From a virus (lineage: Duplodnaviria; Caudoviricetes): a stretch of 58,379 bases of DNA. The position numbers and the translations under genes were made by a program. How positions within the stretch are numbered: the first letter of the stretch is position 1; the number at the start of each line of letters is the position of its first letter. Shown piece by piece: positions 16,675-25,499 of this stretch. The notes beneath the pieces were generated by a model that saw only the letters and a list, made by a program, of their open reading frames with translations, did no database searches and was not told where the DNA came from. The stretch spans positions 1 to 58,379 of the IMG/VR virus record IMGVR_UViG_3300020395_000009, one strand, 5' to 3'.

Positions 16675-19600
16675 ATGGCAATTGCTGCAACCCAATTTAA
16701 TATATTTCAACCTCCTACTCAGAAAGAAGTTAGTGTGGGATATATTTCTAGTGTCAGGGGATTTGTTGATGGAGTAAGTTTATGTGAAGCAAATGATTAT
16801 GAGAAAGAGCATCCAAATACTGCATTTGTTCTTAGGAATAGGCAAAGTATAAAATATCTTGGTATAGATGATGTTAATGCATTAACACCAGATTCTATAG
16901 AATCTGAATCAGAAGGTACACCTGCAGATCCATGTTCTGGGGAGGGTGCTGTTGATTTTCAGCATAAGTGTAGTCAAGTTCCTCAAGCACACCTTTATGG
17001 TGGAGGAGGTGTAGGTGCTTTTGCTAATCCAGTAATTGGAGAAGATGGTGGTTTATTAACATTAGATATTGTAGCACCTGGTTTTGGTTATCAATATCCA
17101 CCTAAAGTTGAAGTTAAAGATCAATGTGGTATTGGTAAGGGTGCAGTTGTTAGAGTTGGTGTATCTGATGGTGATAATTGTGTAGAGTCTTGGAAATATT
17201 ATAAAGATGAATTAGATGAGAATCAACCTGCGATATGTGATGATACTAGTATTCCCTATGGTAAACTATGGGGTGTTGATGGAAAAGATCTTGGTGCTTG
17301 GGATCCTGAAAAATATTCTAGATATGCAGAAGATCCTTTGATGAGTGAGATTGATAAGTATCTAGAGAATCTTAAGAACTTAAAGAATCCTTGGTGGAAT
17401 AGTCAGAAAGAATTAAATAAACAGCATATTACTTGGTCTAGTAGTGGAGAAGTAACTACTATAGGATATGGTGCTACTGCTCCTGGATGGTCAGATTTTA
17501 TGAATCTATATGGAATTTCTCCAGTAGAACCATCAGATAAAATTGGATCTGCACATGGCGGTGAGACTTTTGATTTTAAGTGGGATATAGATTTTCCTTG
17601 GGGAGGTCAATATATTTTTAGAGGTTTGTATGATGGTGATATTAATACTGGTGATCTATATGTTGATAATCAGAAGATAGCGTCATTAAATGCTAAGAAT
17701 GGAACGGCTGAACCAGTTAAATATGAAGTTGGTATTGCTACAACAAAGACAGTAACTTTTAAACTTCATAATGAAGCAACTACAAAGAAAGCACCGATAC
17801 AACCAAAGCAAGAACCAATAATTAGAAAAGCAGGTGGAAAGTTTATACGAGAAGGTAAGAATTATTTCTATAAAGTATCTGGAAATGATCTTGTTGATAT
17901 AGATTTTGACTTTTTCTGGGATAAAAGTATTGATGGAGAAGAAAAACCAAAACCAACTATACCTGAGAAAGTACAAGCTAAATTTCAAGTTTATACTTCT
18001 GGTGGTGGTGATGGATTAAACTTTAGATTTACAGCAGCAGATGGATCTCATAGTTTTGAGATAAATTCAGATAACTATGTACACAATGCTGCAGCAAAGG
18101 ATTTATTTGTTAATGTCAAACCTAATATAGATTATAATATAGTATCAAGTAGAAGGAGTGGTACAACTGAACAGGGATGTCTTAAGGAATCTCGTTTTGG
18201 ACGTAGGGGAAAAGAACAAGATACAGGATCAAGTAAATGTATTTTTTGTGATAAGGTTGGTTCTAGAGACGATGATGATGATTTACAGGTCAAAACTACA
18301 GATGCATCAGGAATTTTTACAGCAGGTGCTTCAATATCATCTGGATCAACTAAGCATGATAGTTGGGCACTAACTTATAGGTATGGAGGTGTTGCTCCTG
18401 TAGATAATACTCCCAAAGAAAGACCTGCTATTACTAAGCTTATAATACAAACAGAGAAAGATCCTTTAGTCTTTGAGATTCCTAAAACTGATCGTCAACT
18501 ACCTAATAATGGTATAAAACAAAAACCTTGGATAAAGAGTTATCAAAATGATACTAACTGGATAAACAATTCTAGAACTACATTCTTAAGATCACATGCT
18601 GTTTTTCCAGTTCATGATGCTTCAAAAAATGGTTTACAAAATAAAGGAACATGGCATATTAACATTACAAAACCAGGTAACTATACTGTTGATGTTCAGT
18701 CCGATGATACTGCAAAAATTGATTGGGACTCGAACCGTGTAGGGGATACTGAATGGAGAAATCAAAGGGTAAGAACGTTTGCTATTAATAATGTTCCTGT
18801 AGGTATTCATAAATTAGCTGCAACAGTTAGAAATAATCCTAAGTATGGATCTACTTGGAAGGGTAATCCAGGAGGAGTCGCTTGGATATTAAAAGATCCT
18901 TCTGGTACTGTTGTTGCTAGTAGTCTTGATCCTTTTAATGATGATAATCTTGCAAATAATTTAGGTAAAGGTGGTAAAGATTGGAAACAGAAAGGTAATA
19001 TAAGTAAGAAAGGTAATTTTAAGAATGGTAGAAAGTATAGAGTAACATTTGATAGACTTCCATATACTAAGGATCCTGAGATTGCTGATACAGGAGATGT
19101 TAGGGTTCAACCTGAGACTGATGATCAGAAGATTGATTTCTATGATCAGGGTCATAGAAAAGGTAATACTCTACAGATTATTACTCCTAAAAATGTAACT
19201 TTTGCTGCAAGGAATGCTTATCAACTATCAAAGGCAGATAGTAGAGTAGTTTATCCTGCTAATGTAAAAACTTCACAGGGAAGTGTATTTAATACCTTAA
19301 AGTATATTGATAAAGCAGATAGAAGATTATGGAAAACTAATAATCAGAGTGGACTCTTATCTAAGTATGGTGTTGCTCCTTTCGATACCAATTTATCTCT
19401 TCCAAACATGCCTTATGGAGGTAATCATACAATTGTATGGTCAAATATTAATTTTCCTGTTTCTACAATTTATAATATAGATGTTCATGTTGATGATGAA
19501 GTACGAATACAGATAGGTGATCAGGTTGACTTTCTTAAAAAGGGATTTACAGTACGTGGTGATGGAAGAACTCATACAGGACAGAGTACTCATCCTTTCT

Positions 19601-22600
19601 TTATAAAGGCAGGAACTTATACTATTACTTCAACTCTTTATCAGTGGGATGGTGTTGGTGGTTCTTCTGCAAGTGGATCATCTAATCAAAGTGGTGATTA
19701 TACTTATGTTACCAGAGGTGATCAGGGAGTATGGGGATTTGATAAAGATGATAATTTGTCTCCAAATCATCGACCTAGAAGGAGTTGGAAGTATGCAAAC
19801 CTTGCAGATAGATATAACTGGAAGAAGAAGAGATGGGAGGTTCAACGTGACAATGGAAAATGGTATCCTTCTCAATGGGAGGATCATGATTATGAAGGAT
19901 GGACTTCTATACCAGCTCCTCCACCACCAACTCCTGCTAATCCTGCTCCTGTACCAAATAAAGGTGGTAGATGGGCAACAACCAATCCTATGGGAGTGGC
20001 GATTGATATAAGGGCAGAGATGGCATTCAAAACTGTTCCAGATCCTAAGAGTTGGAATCAGAATCCAATGGGTGTTGCATTAACAATAGAAGCACCACCA
20101 CCTTCACCACCTCCAGCAATAGTTCCACCTGTATTAGCAGAGGGAGAATGTCCAGAGAGTCCTATTTGGCATACTCGGATGAAAACTGATGGTGCTCCTT
20201 GGTATCCAGTTAAATTTGGGTATTGGCATAAGTGGACAAATAAGTATGCAATATCCCCAATTCCTCCTCTCAATACTCCTGGTTCAGATGGTACAGGTAA
20301 TCAGGATGGATGGAAACAAACTTGGACAGTAGATGCACCTTATGAGGGAGATTATACATTAAAGGGTACTGTTGATAACTTTGGTATTATTGAGGTTGAT
20401 GGTGTAGAAGTTGCAAGTAGAAAGGATGATCCTAATATTGAATTTAGGGATGAAGAGTATAAGAGAGATAGTTTAGATGTAGTAGTAAAACCTAAAGATA
20501 CATCTAAGAATAAATGGCCACAAGAAACGAAGGTTTATTTATCTGAGGGTTCTCATACAATAAGTGCTACTATTGCTAATTATAAAAACTATGAGACTAA
20601 GAAAAAATTCTTTAAAGAAAAGGTTTTTAGTACAAAGGATTGGCAATCAGCAGCACCTGTAAAGAGTAGTAAGAATAATAAACCTCATGGTATAATGTTT
20701 ACTCAACAGTCTGGTAAATATTATCTTAATGCATATGGTAATGATATAGTAGATGCTGATCTTGCATATGTATGGGATGCTTTAGAGGGTGATAGTCCTC
20801 CCCCACCACCTCCAACAGCACAAGCTACGTTCTTCATTTATCGTCAGGGTACAAAGGGGATGGTATTTACATTTACTGCAAAAGATGGATCGCATACTTT
20901 TAAATTTGATGCAGATGCGTTAACTGGTTCTGGTGATACAGCAAAAGAAGTGAAGATTAATAATGTTAAAACTAATGTAGATTATGTTGTTCAGGCAAGT
21001 AATAAAAATTCAAAGTATTCAAGAGTTGAGCAAGGACTTCTTAACCCAAATACTTTTGGGAAGAGAGGAACAGAACAAGATAGTGGACAAAGTAAATGTA
21101 TTTTCGCAGATGCGACAAAATCATCAGATGACGATGATGATATACAGATCAAAACCACAAATGTATCAGGAGTTTTTACAGCAGGTGCTGCTCAAGATAT
21201 AGGTACAAGTAAACATGATAGTTGGGAAATAACTTATAGACTTAGTAATCTACCTGGAGGATCTCCTAATTATACACCACCAAGTGTAACTAAAATAACG
21301 ATACAAACAGAGAAAAATCCTTTAATCTTTGAGGTTCCTAAGACTGATGCTATACCAGCAAGTGTAACAGGACCACAGAAAGCTTGGGTTCGTGTTGGAA
21401 GTTTTCCTGGTGTTTTCCCATCTAATACGGATACTTTAGGGAATCAATGGCAAACTGGTGAATGGACTGTTAATATAACTACTCCAGGAAATTATACTAT
21501 GGTATCAGGTTCTGATGATAGATGTAAAATCTTTTGGGATGGTAATGAAGTTCATGGAACGGCTAGAGGTGCTACAAGAACAATTGCTAATGTAACTACA
21601 GGTATTCATAAGTTAAAGGGTCAAGTTTATAATAAAGCTAAGTATGGAACTGATTTTAAGAAAAATCCTGGTCAATTAAGGTGGACACTAACAGATCCTT
21701 CTGGAACAGAGGTTGCTAATAGTGCAGATCCTTTTGCAGGATCTAATCCTACAGATAATCTTGGTAAAGGTGGTGATCAGTGGAAAGTAAATGGTACTAT
21801 TAAAAAGAGAGGTTCGTGGAAAGCTGGTAAGAAATATGAAGTTACTTTTGTAAAAGGATATGGTCGTAGACCAGATGGTGGTGCGATTATTAATGTACCA
21901 GATCCTACTATTCGTGAGTCTGGTTGGAAAACAAAAGAACAGAAAGCAATTAAACCTAATCCTTTGCTGTCATTTAAGAATCCTTGGGATCGTTTAGAGA
22001 CTGTAGATGTTTTTCAGATGTCTTCTGCTACTGCAGTAGAGTCACTTATAGTAGATAACACAAGGAATGGTGTGACATATAGTGGACCAGCATTATTTAA
22101 TTATAGGGATAAAAGATATGGACCATTTATGAATGAGAATGGAATTTCTCCTGACTATCCAAAAGTTGGTGGTTCTGAATTAGTTGAATATAGTTTTACT
22201 AATGTTAATTTTCCTGTAACTGGCGAGTATGATATTATATTCCAGAATGATCACTCAGCAACTCTTTATCTTGATGATCGAATAATAGGATCTAATTTCT
22301 TTAAGGGACAAGAACATTCAGCAGCTAAACATAGTGTAGATATGACTGGTAAAGGTTTAGGTAAAAAGATAACAGTTAACAAAGGTAAACATACTCTTAC
22401 TGTAAAACCAACTGTTTACACAGAAAAAAGTGGAGGTCCAATAGGATTTATAGATGCTTTGTTCCGTAAACCATCTGAGAATTATTATAGAGGTTCCGCA
22501 GAATTTCTTGAAAATCCAAGTGCTTTTGCAATAGGAATAACAAGGTTGGTTGAAGATGTACCAGAAGCAGGAACACCAGCAGCTCTTGCTCAAGCAGGTA

Positions 22601-23388
22601 AGTCTTGGTATCAAAATCCAATAGGACTTTGTGCTATACTTATTCCTCCACCATGCAAACAAATAAAATGTGGAAAGGGTAGAATTATTGATCCATTGGT
22701 TGATGATCCAGGATGTGGATATAAGACACCAACACCTCCTACACCACCAGGAACTCCTGAAGATCCACCTCCTGGTATTGGTCAGACTACTTATAATGTT
22801 CAACTTGTTCCTACTGAAGTTGTTGTACTTGATCCTGGCATAAACTATAATAAAGGTTCAGGTATTTCAACTGAAACACCGCCTGGTGATCCAGTGACAG
22901 AGAAAGATGAGATTTATGTAGAAAATTTCCCAGATGAATGGGATTTTGATTGGGATCCTGGTGGTGGCGGTGGAATAGAACGGGTAAAGATTCTAAAACA
23001 TCCAGAATTTCCACCACCATTTACACCAGTACTTAGAGTAAGAACTTCTTCTGGTGTTAATTTTAGGGGTATAATCACATGGGATATTATACGTGATCCA
23101 ATAGTTGAACCCGATAAACTAATACAGGTAACAGATTTAGTTGGATTAAAACAGACTGGATATATACAAGGTCGTGCATACTATGGATCAATATACTATA
23201 AGGATGGAATTCCTTATGCTGGAATAACTGAGACTGCTGGTACACCAATACAAGTTTATGCTACTCTACAGGAGAGTATTGATAGTGAAGTTACCACACG
23301 TCCATCAGCAATTCAGAGACAGGGTACTGATGTTACTAGTAATGATCCCAGACTTAATCTTCCTGGAACCCCCGATAATCTTACCTAA
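16675..23388 (+). CDS. Giant (2237 aa) virion structural protein with about six PA14-like domains and an internal ~400-aa duplication
   Basis: Repeated W.[VI]...P..G.Y......DD...[IL]..D motifs; GFGY/GINY baseplate-type repeats at the ends; late promoter upstream. Confidence 0.7.
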   Translation: MAIAATQFNIFQPPTQKEVSVGYISSVRGFVDGVSLCEANDYEKEHPNTAFVLRNRQSIKYLGIDDVNALTPDSIESESEGTPADPCSGEGAVDFQHKCSQVPQAHLYGGGGVGAFANPVIGEDGGLLTLDIVAPGFGYQYPPKVEVKDQCGIGKGAVVRVGVSDGDNCVESWKYYKDELDENQPAICDDTSIPYGKLWGVDGKDLGAWDPEKYSRYAEDPLMSEIDKYLENLKNLKNPWWNSQKELNKQHITWSSSGEVTTIGYGATAPGWSDFMNLYGISPVEPSDKIGSAHGGETFDFKWDIDFPWGGQYIFRGLYDGDINTGDLYVDNQKIASLNAKNGTAEPVKYEVGIATTKTVTFKLHNEATTKKAPIQPKQEPIIRKAGGKFIREGKNYFYKVSGNDLVDIDFDFFWDKSIDGEEKPKPTIPEKVQAKFQVYTSGGGDGLNFRFTAADGSHSFEINSDNYVHNAAAKDLFVNVKPNIDYNIVSSRRSGTTEQGCLKESRFGRRGKEQDTGSSKCIFCDKVGSRDDDDDLQVKTTDASGIFTAGASISSGSTKHDSWALTYRYGGVAPVDNTPKERPAITKLIIQTEKDPLVFEIPKTDRQLPNNGIKQKPWIKSYQNDTNWINNSRTTFLRSHAVFPVHDASKNGLQNKGTWHINITKPGNYTVDVQSDDTAKIDWDSNRVGDTEWRNQRVRTFAINNVPVGIHKLAATVRNNPKYGSTWKGNPGGVAWILKDPSGTVVASSLDPFNDDNLANNLGKGGKDWKQKGNISKKGNFKNGRKYRVTFDRLPYTKDPEIADTGDVRVQPETDDQKIDFYDQGHRKGNTLQIITPKNVTFAARNAYQLSKADSRVVYPANVKTSQGSVFNTLKYIDKADRRLWKTNNQSGLLSKYGVAPFDTNLSLPNMPYGGNHTIVWSNINFPVSTIYNIDVHVDDEVRIQIGDQVDFLKKGFTVRGDGRTHTGQSTHPFFIKAGTYTITSTLYQWDGVGGSSASGSSNQSGDYTYVTRGDQGVWGFDKDDNLSPNHRPRRSWKYANLADRYNWKKKRWEVQRDNGKWYPSQWEDHDYEGWTSIPAPPPPTPANPAPVPNKGGRWATTNPMGVAIDIRAEMAFKTVPDPKSWNQNPMGVALTIEAPPPSPPPAIVPPVLAEGECPESPIWHTRMKTDGAPWYPVKFGYWHKWTNKYAISPIPPLNTPGSDGTGNQDGWKQTWTVDAPYEGDYTLKGTVDNFGIIEVDGVEVASRKDDPNIEFRDEEYKRDSLDVVVKPKDTSKNKWPQETKVYLSEGSHTISATIANYKNYETKKKFFKEKVFSTKDWQSAAPVKSSKNNKPHGIMFTQQSGKYYLNAYGNDIVDADLAYVWDALEGDSPPPPPPTAQATFFIYRQGTKGMVFTFTAKDGSHTFKFDADALTGSGDTAKEVKINNVKTNVDYVVQASNKNSKYSRVEQGLLNPNTFGKRGTEQDSGQSKCIFADATKSSDDDDDIQIKTTNVSGVFTAGAAQDIGTSKHDSWEITYRLSNLPGGSPNYTPPSVTKITIQTEKNPLIFEVPKTDAIPASVTGPQKAWVRVGSFPGVFPSNTDTLGNQWQTGEWTVNITTPGNYTMVSGSDDRCKIFWDGNEVHGTARGATRTIANVTTGIHKLKGQVYNKAKYGTDFKKNPGQLRWTLTDPSGTEVANSADPFAGSNPTDNLGKGGDQWKVNGTIKKRGSWKAGKKYEVTFVKGYGRRPDGGAIINVPDPTIRESGWKTKEQKAIKPNPLLSFKNPWDRLETVDVFQMSSATAVESLIVDNTRNGVTYSGPALFNYRDKRYGPFMNENGISPDYPKVGGSELVEYSFTNVNFPVTGEYDIIFQNDHSATLYLDDRIIGSNFFKGQEHSAAKHSVDMTGKGLGKKITVNKGKHTLTVKPTVYTEKSGGPIGFIDALFRKPSENYYRGSAEFLENPSAFAIGITRLVEDVPEAGTPAALAQAGKSWYQNPIGLCAILIPPPCKQIKCGKGRIIDPLVDDPGCGYKTPTPPTPPGTPEDPPPGIGQTTYNVQLVPTEVVVLDPGINYNKGSGISTETPPGDPVTEKDEIYVENFPDEWDFDWDPGGGGGIERVKILKHPEFPPPFTPVLRVRTSSGVNFRGIITWDIIRDPIVEPDKLIQVTDLVGLKQTGYIQGRAYYGSIYYKDGIPYAGITETAGTPIQVYATLQESIDSEVTTRPSAIQRQGTDVTSNDPRLNLPGTPDNLT

Positions 23389-23393
23389 TACTA

Positions 23394-24095
23394 ATGCCAA
23401 TATCACAGAATTTTGAGTATCAAGGTAATACTCCTACTAAAAATAGATTATTACCTTCTTCTAATAATCAACAAAATAATGCTGGTAGTGAATATGATAC
23501 TGCTAAGATAAATTATACTGCTATTGGGTATGGTAATGATCATGGATCTGTTACTATGGGTCAGATTCATAAGTCTTCTGATGTAACTTCAGCAGTAATG
23601 CTTAATGCTAGAGATGGATTACATCAATTCTCTCTAGATAATGATGGTCAAAGAAGAGGATGGACAACTTCTACAAGTACTGGTGCATTTCAAGTTAAAT
23701 GTGGTAAGTATCCTTGGATTGAGAAAGCTACTGAAAAAGAGGCACTTGATAGTTGCATAATTGAGGCAGAGCATGGTAATATTGTTATTAAGGCCAGTAA
23801 TGGTAAGATCAGACTTGAGGGAACTGATATTGAGTTAGTTTCTAAAGGTGAAAAAACTGATCGAGGTAGCATTAAGATGACTGCCAGTGAAAATATAATA
23901 ATGGAATCTAAAAAGACCATTATAAATGCTAAAAACTATTATAAAATGAGTACACCACAAACTATGGAAATTATTGCTAACGGAGTATTAAAAATGTATG
24001 GTGCTGTAATTAGAGGTGTTACTGATGCTGTTGATGTTAAAGATTCTAAGGTAGGTGGTAGACAATTCCAACAAAGAGTTAAGGAGGGTGCATAA
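23394..24095 (+). CDS. Hypothetical structural protein, beta-strand repeats (possible gp5 C-terminal spike-like)
   Basis: Alternating hydrophobic pattern IIEAEHGNIVIKASNGKIRLEGTDIEL...IKMTASENIIM. Confidence 0.5.
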   Translation: MPISQNFEYQGNTPTKNRLLPSSNNQQNNAGSEYDTAKINYTAIGYGNDHGSVTMGQIHKSSDVTSAVMLNARDGLHQFSLDNDGQRRGWTTSTSTGAFQVKCGKYPWIEKATEKEALDSCIIEAEHGNIVIKASNGKIRLEGTDIELVSKGEKTDRGSIKMTASENIIMESKKTIINAKNYYKMSTPQTMEIIANGVLKMYGAVIRGVTDAVDVKDSKVGGRQFQQRVKEGA

Positions 24096-24097
24096 CA

Positions 24098-24883
24098 ATG
24101 TCTTATAACGTAGATGATCTAAATGTAGGTGGACAATTAAAGGTTGGTACAGGTGTTAATGGTGCTATCCAAGAAGGGGCAGAAAAAATTAATGGATCTG
24201 CATTAGTTGAGGGTCCTATGGTTGTAGGATCACCTGATGCTTTCAGTGAAATAGAAGGAACCTTAATGGTTGGACCTACTACTAATGATGATGAAAATAT
24301 TCCAGAAGATTGTTCTCCTTATAAGACAGTTCTTGGTCTTTCTGGTTCTCAACCTCAAGCAATCTATTCTAAAGGAAATTTATATGTACAGGGAGATATA
24401 TTTGTTACAGGATCCGTTGATTGTTTTTCATCAGGAAGACTAGAGGCAAGACATAAAGCAGCAGATGCTTCTCCTAAGAAGTTTGATATGGTTCATCCAT
24501 CAAAGGGTGAAGGTCATCGTCTTGCTCATGCATGTATAGAAGGACCAGAGGTTGGGGTATATTATAGAGGAAGACTCCGTAATAAAACTGAGATTGATCT
24601 ACCTTCTTATTGGAAAGACTTGGTTCATGCTGAAAGTATTTCTGTACAGTTACAACCAATTGGTGCTCCACAGGATATTATTATAAAGAGATGGACTGAT
24701 GAGAAGATTTATCTCCAGGCAAGAGGACCAATTCCAATTGATTGTTTTTATCATGTGTATGCTGAGAGAAAGGATATTAATGCTTTAGTTGTTGAGTATT
24801 CAGGTAAGGATTGGGATGATTATCCTGATAAAGATAATCATGATCCTAAGTATGCTGACGTAATCAATACAAGAACCATTTGA
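24098..24883 (+). CDS. Conserved phage structural protein with C-terminal K.F...HP...L.H..EGPE..VY.RG domain
   Basis: KKFDMVHPSKGEGHRLAHACIEGPEVGVYYRGRL...DLPSYWKDLV...CFYHVYAERKD, a domain type seen at phage fibre/spike C-termini. Confidence 0.6.
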   Translation: MSYNVDDLNVGGQLKVGTGVNGAIQEGAEKINGSALVEGPMVVGSPDAFSEIEGTLMVGPTTNDDENIPEDCSPYKTVLGLSGSQPQAIYSKGNLYVQGDIFVTGSVDCFSSGRLEARHKAADASPKKFDMVHPSKGEGHRLAHACIEGPEVGVYYRGRLRNKTEIDLPSYWKDLVHAESISVQLQPIGAPQDIIIKRWTDEKIYLQARGPIPIDCFYHVYAERKDINALVVEYSGKDWDDYPDKDNHDPKYADVINTRTI

Positions 24884-24908
24884 CAATATTCATTGGAGGT
24901 GGTATAGT
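24880..24908 (+). promoter_or_regulatory. Strong sigma70-like (early) promoter
   Basis: TTGACA 24880-24885, 17-bp spacer, TGn extended -10 and TATAGT 24903-24908. Confidence 0.8.
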
Positions 24909-24931
24909 AGATGAGTATGATAAGTGCTTGG

Positions 24932-25132
24932 ATGGACGAAGAATATTTAATGAAGTGTGTCGTAGACCCACTCAAGAAAACTTTTTATCTCTATTCTAAC
25001 GAAGGAGATACAAAAGAAGTTGTCTGCGATAACACAGATCAGTTTATGAATGTACTAGAGTTAGTACGTGCTACATGTCCAGAAGATCGTCTGGTTTACA
25101 CGGAGCCTCTCACAGGGAAAATCGACTTTTAA
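24932..25132 (+). CDS. Small hypothetical protein
   Basis: MDEEYLMKCVVDP...FYLYSNEGD..EVVCDNTDQFMNVLELVR. ATG 24911 lies upstream of the predicted transcription start, so 24932 (or 24917) is preferred. Confidence 0.7.
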   Translation: MDEEYLMKCVVDPLKKTFYLYSNEGDTKEVVCDNTDQFMNVLELVRATCPEDRLVYTEPLTGKIDF

Positions 25133-25187
25133 TTCCAAAAAAGTCGGAAAAAAAACTCCGCAAAAAAATCGCCCCATTAGGTTTGGC

Positions 25188-25472
25188 ATGAAATATCGAA
25201 TTGACTCTACATACTGTTGGTATAGTGATTGGATAAACAAGAATAGTAAGGTCGTATTGATGTATTTTATAAACGGCATTCCATTCACATATGATGAATT
25301 AGATGATATTGGTATATTAAAGGAAGATGCAAGAATAATTGCTGATTATGAAACTAAATACAATACGGAAGAATTGTATAATTACTCTTGTTACTTAATG
25401 GAAGAAGAATTTCATCCATTAGTATTTGACTTGGAACTTGAGAATCCAGAGATATTGTTTAATGATAAATAA
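25188..25472 (+). CDS. Small acidic hypothetical protein
   Basis: ATG 25188 MKYRIDSTYCWY...VLMYFINGIPFTYDEL...YLMEEEFHPLVFDLELENPE. Confidence 0.7.
   Translation: MKYRIDSTYCWYSDWINKNSKVVLMYFINGIPFTYDELDDIGILKEDARIIADYETKYNTEELYNYSCYLMEEEFHPLVFDLELENPEILFNDK
25465..25471 (+). promoter_or_regulatory. Late promoter ATAAATA
   Basis: 28 nt before ATG 25500. Confidence 0.65.
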
Positions 25473-25499
25473 TCCATAACGGCTATATGTGTTAATAAA

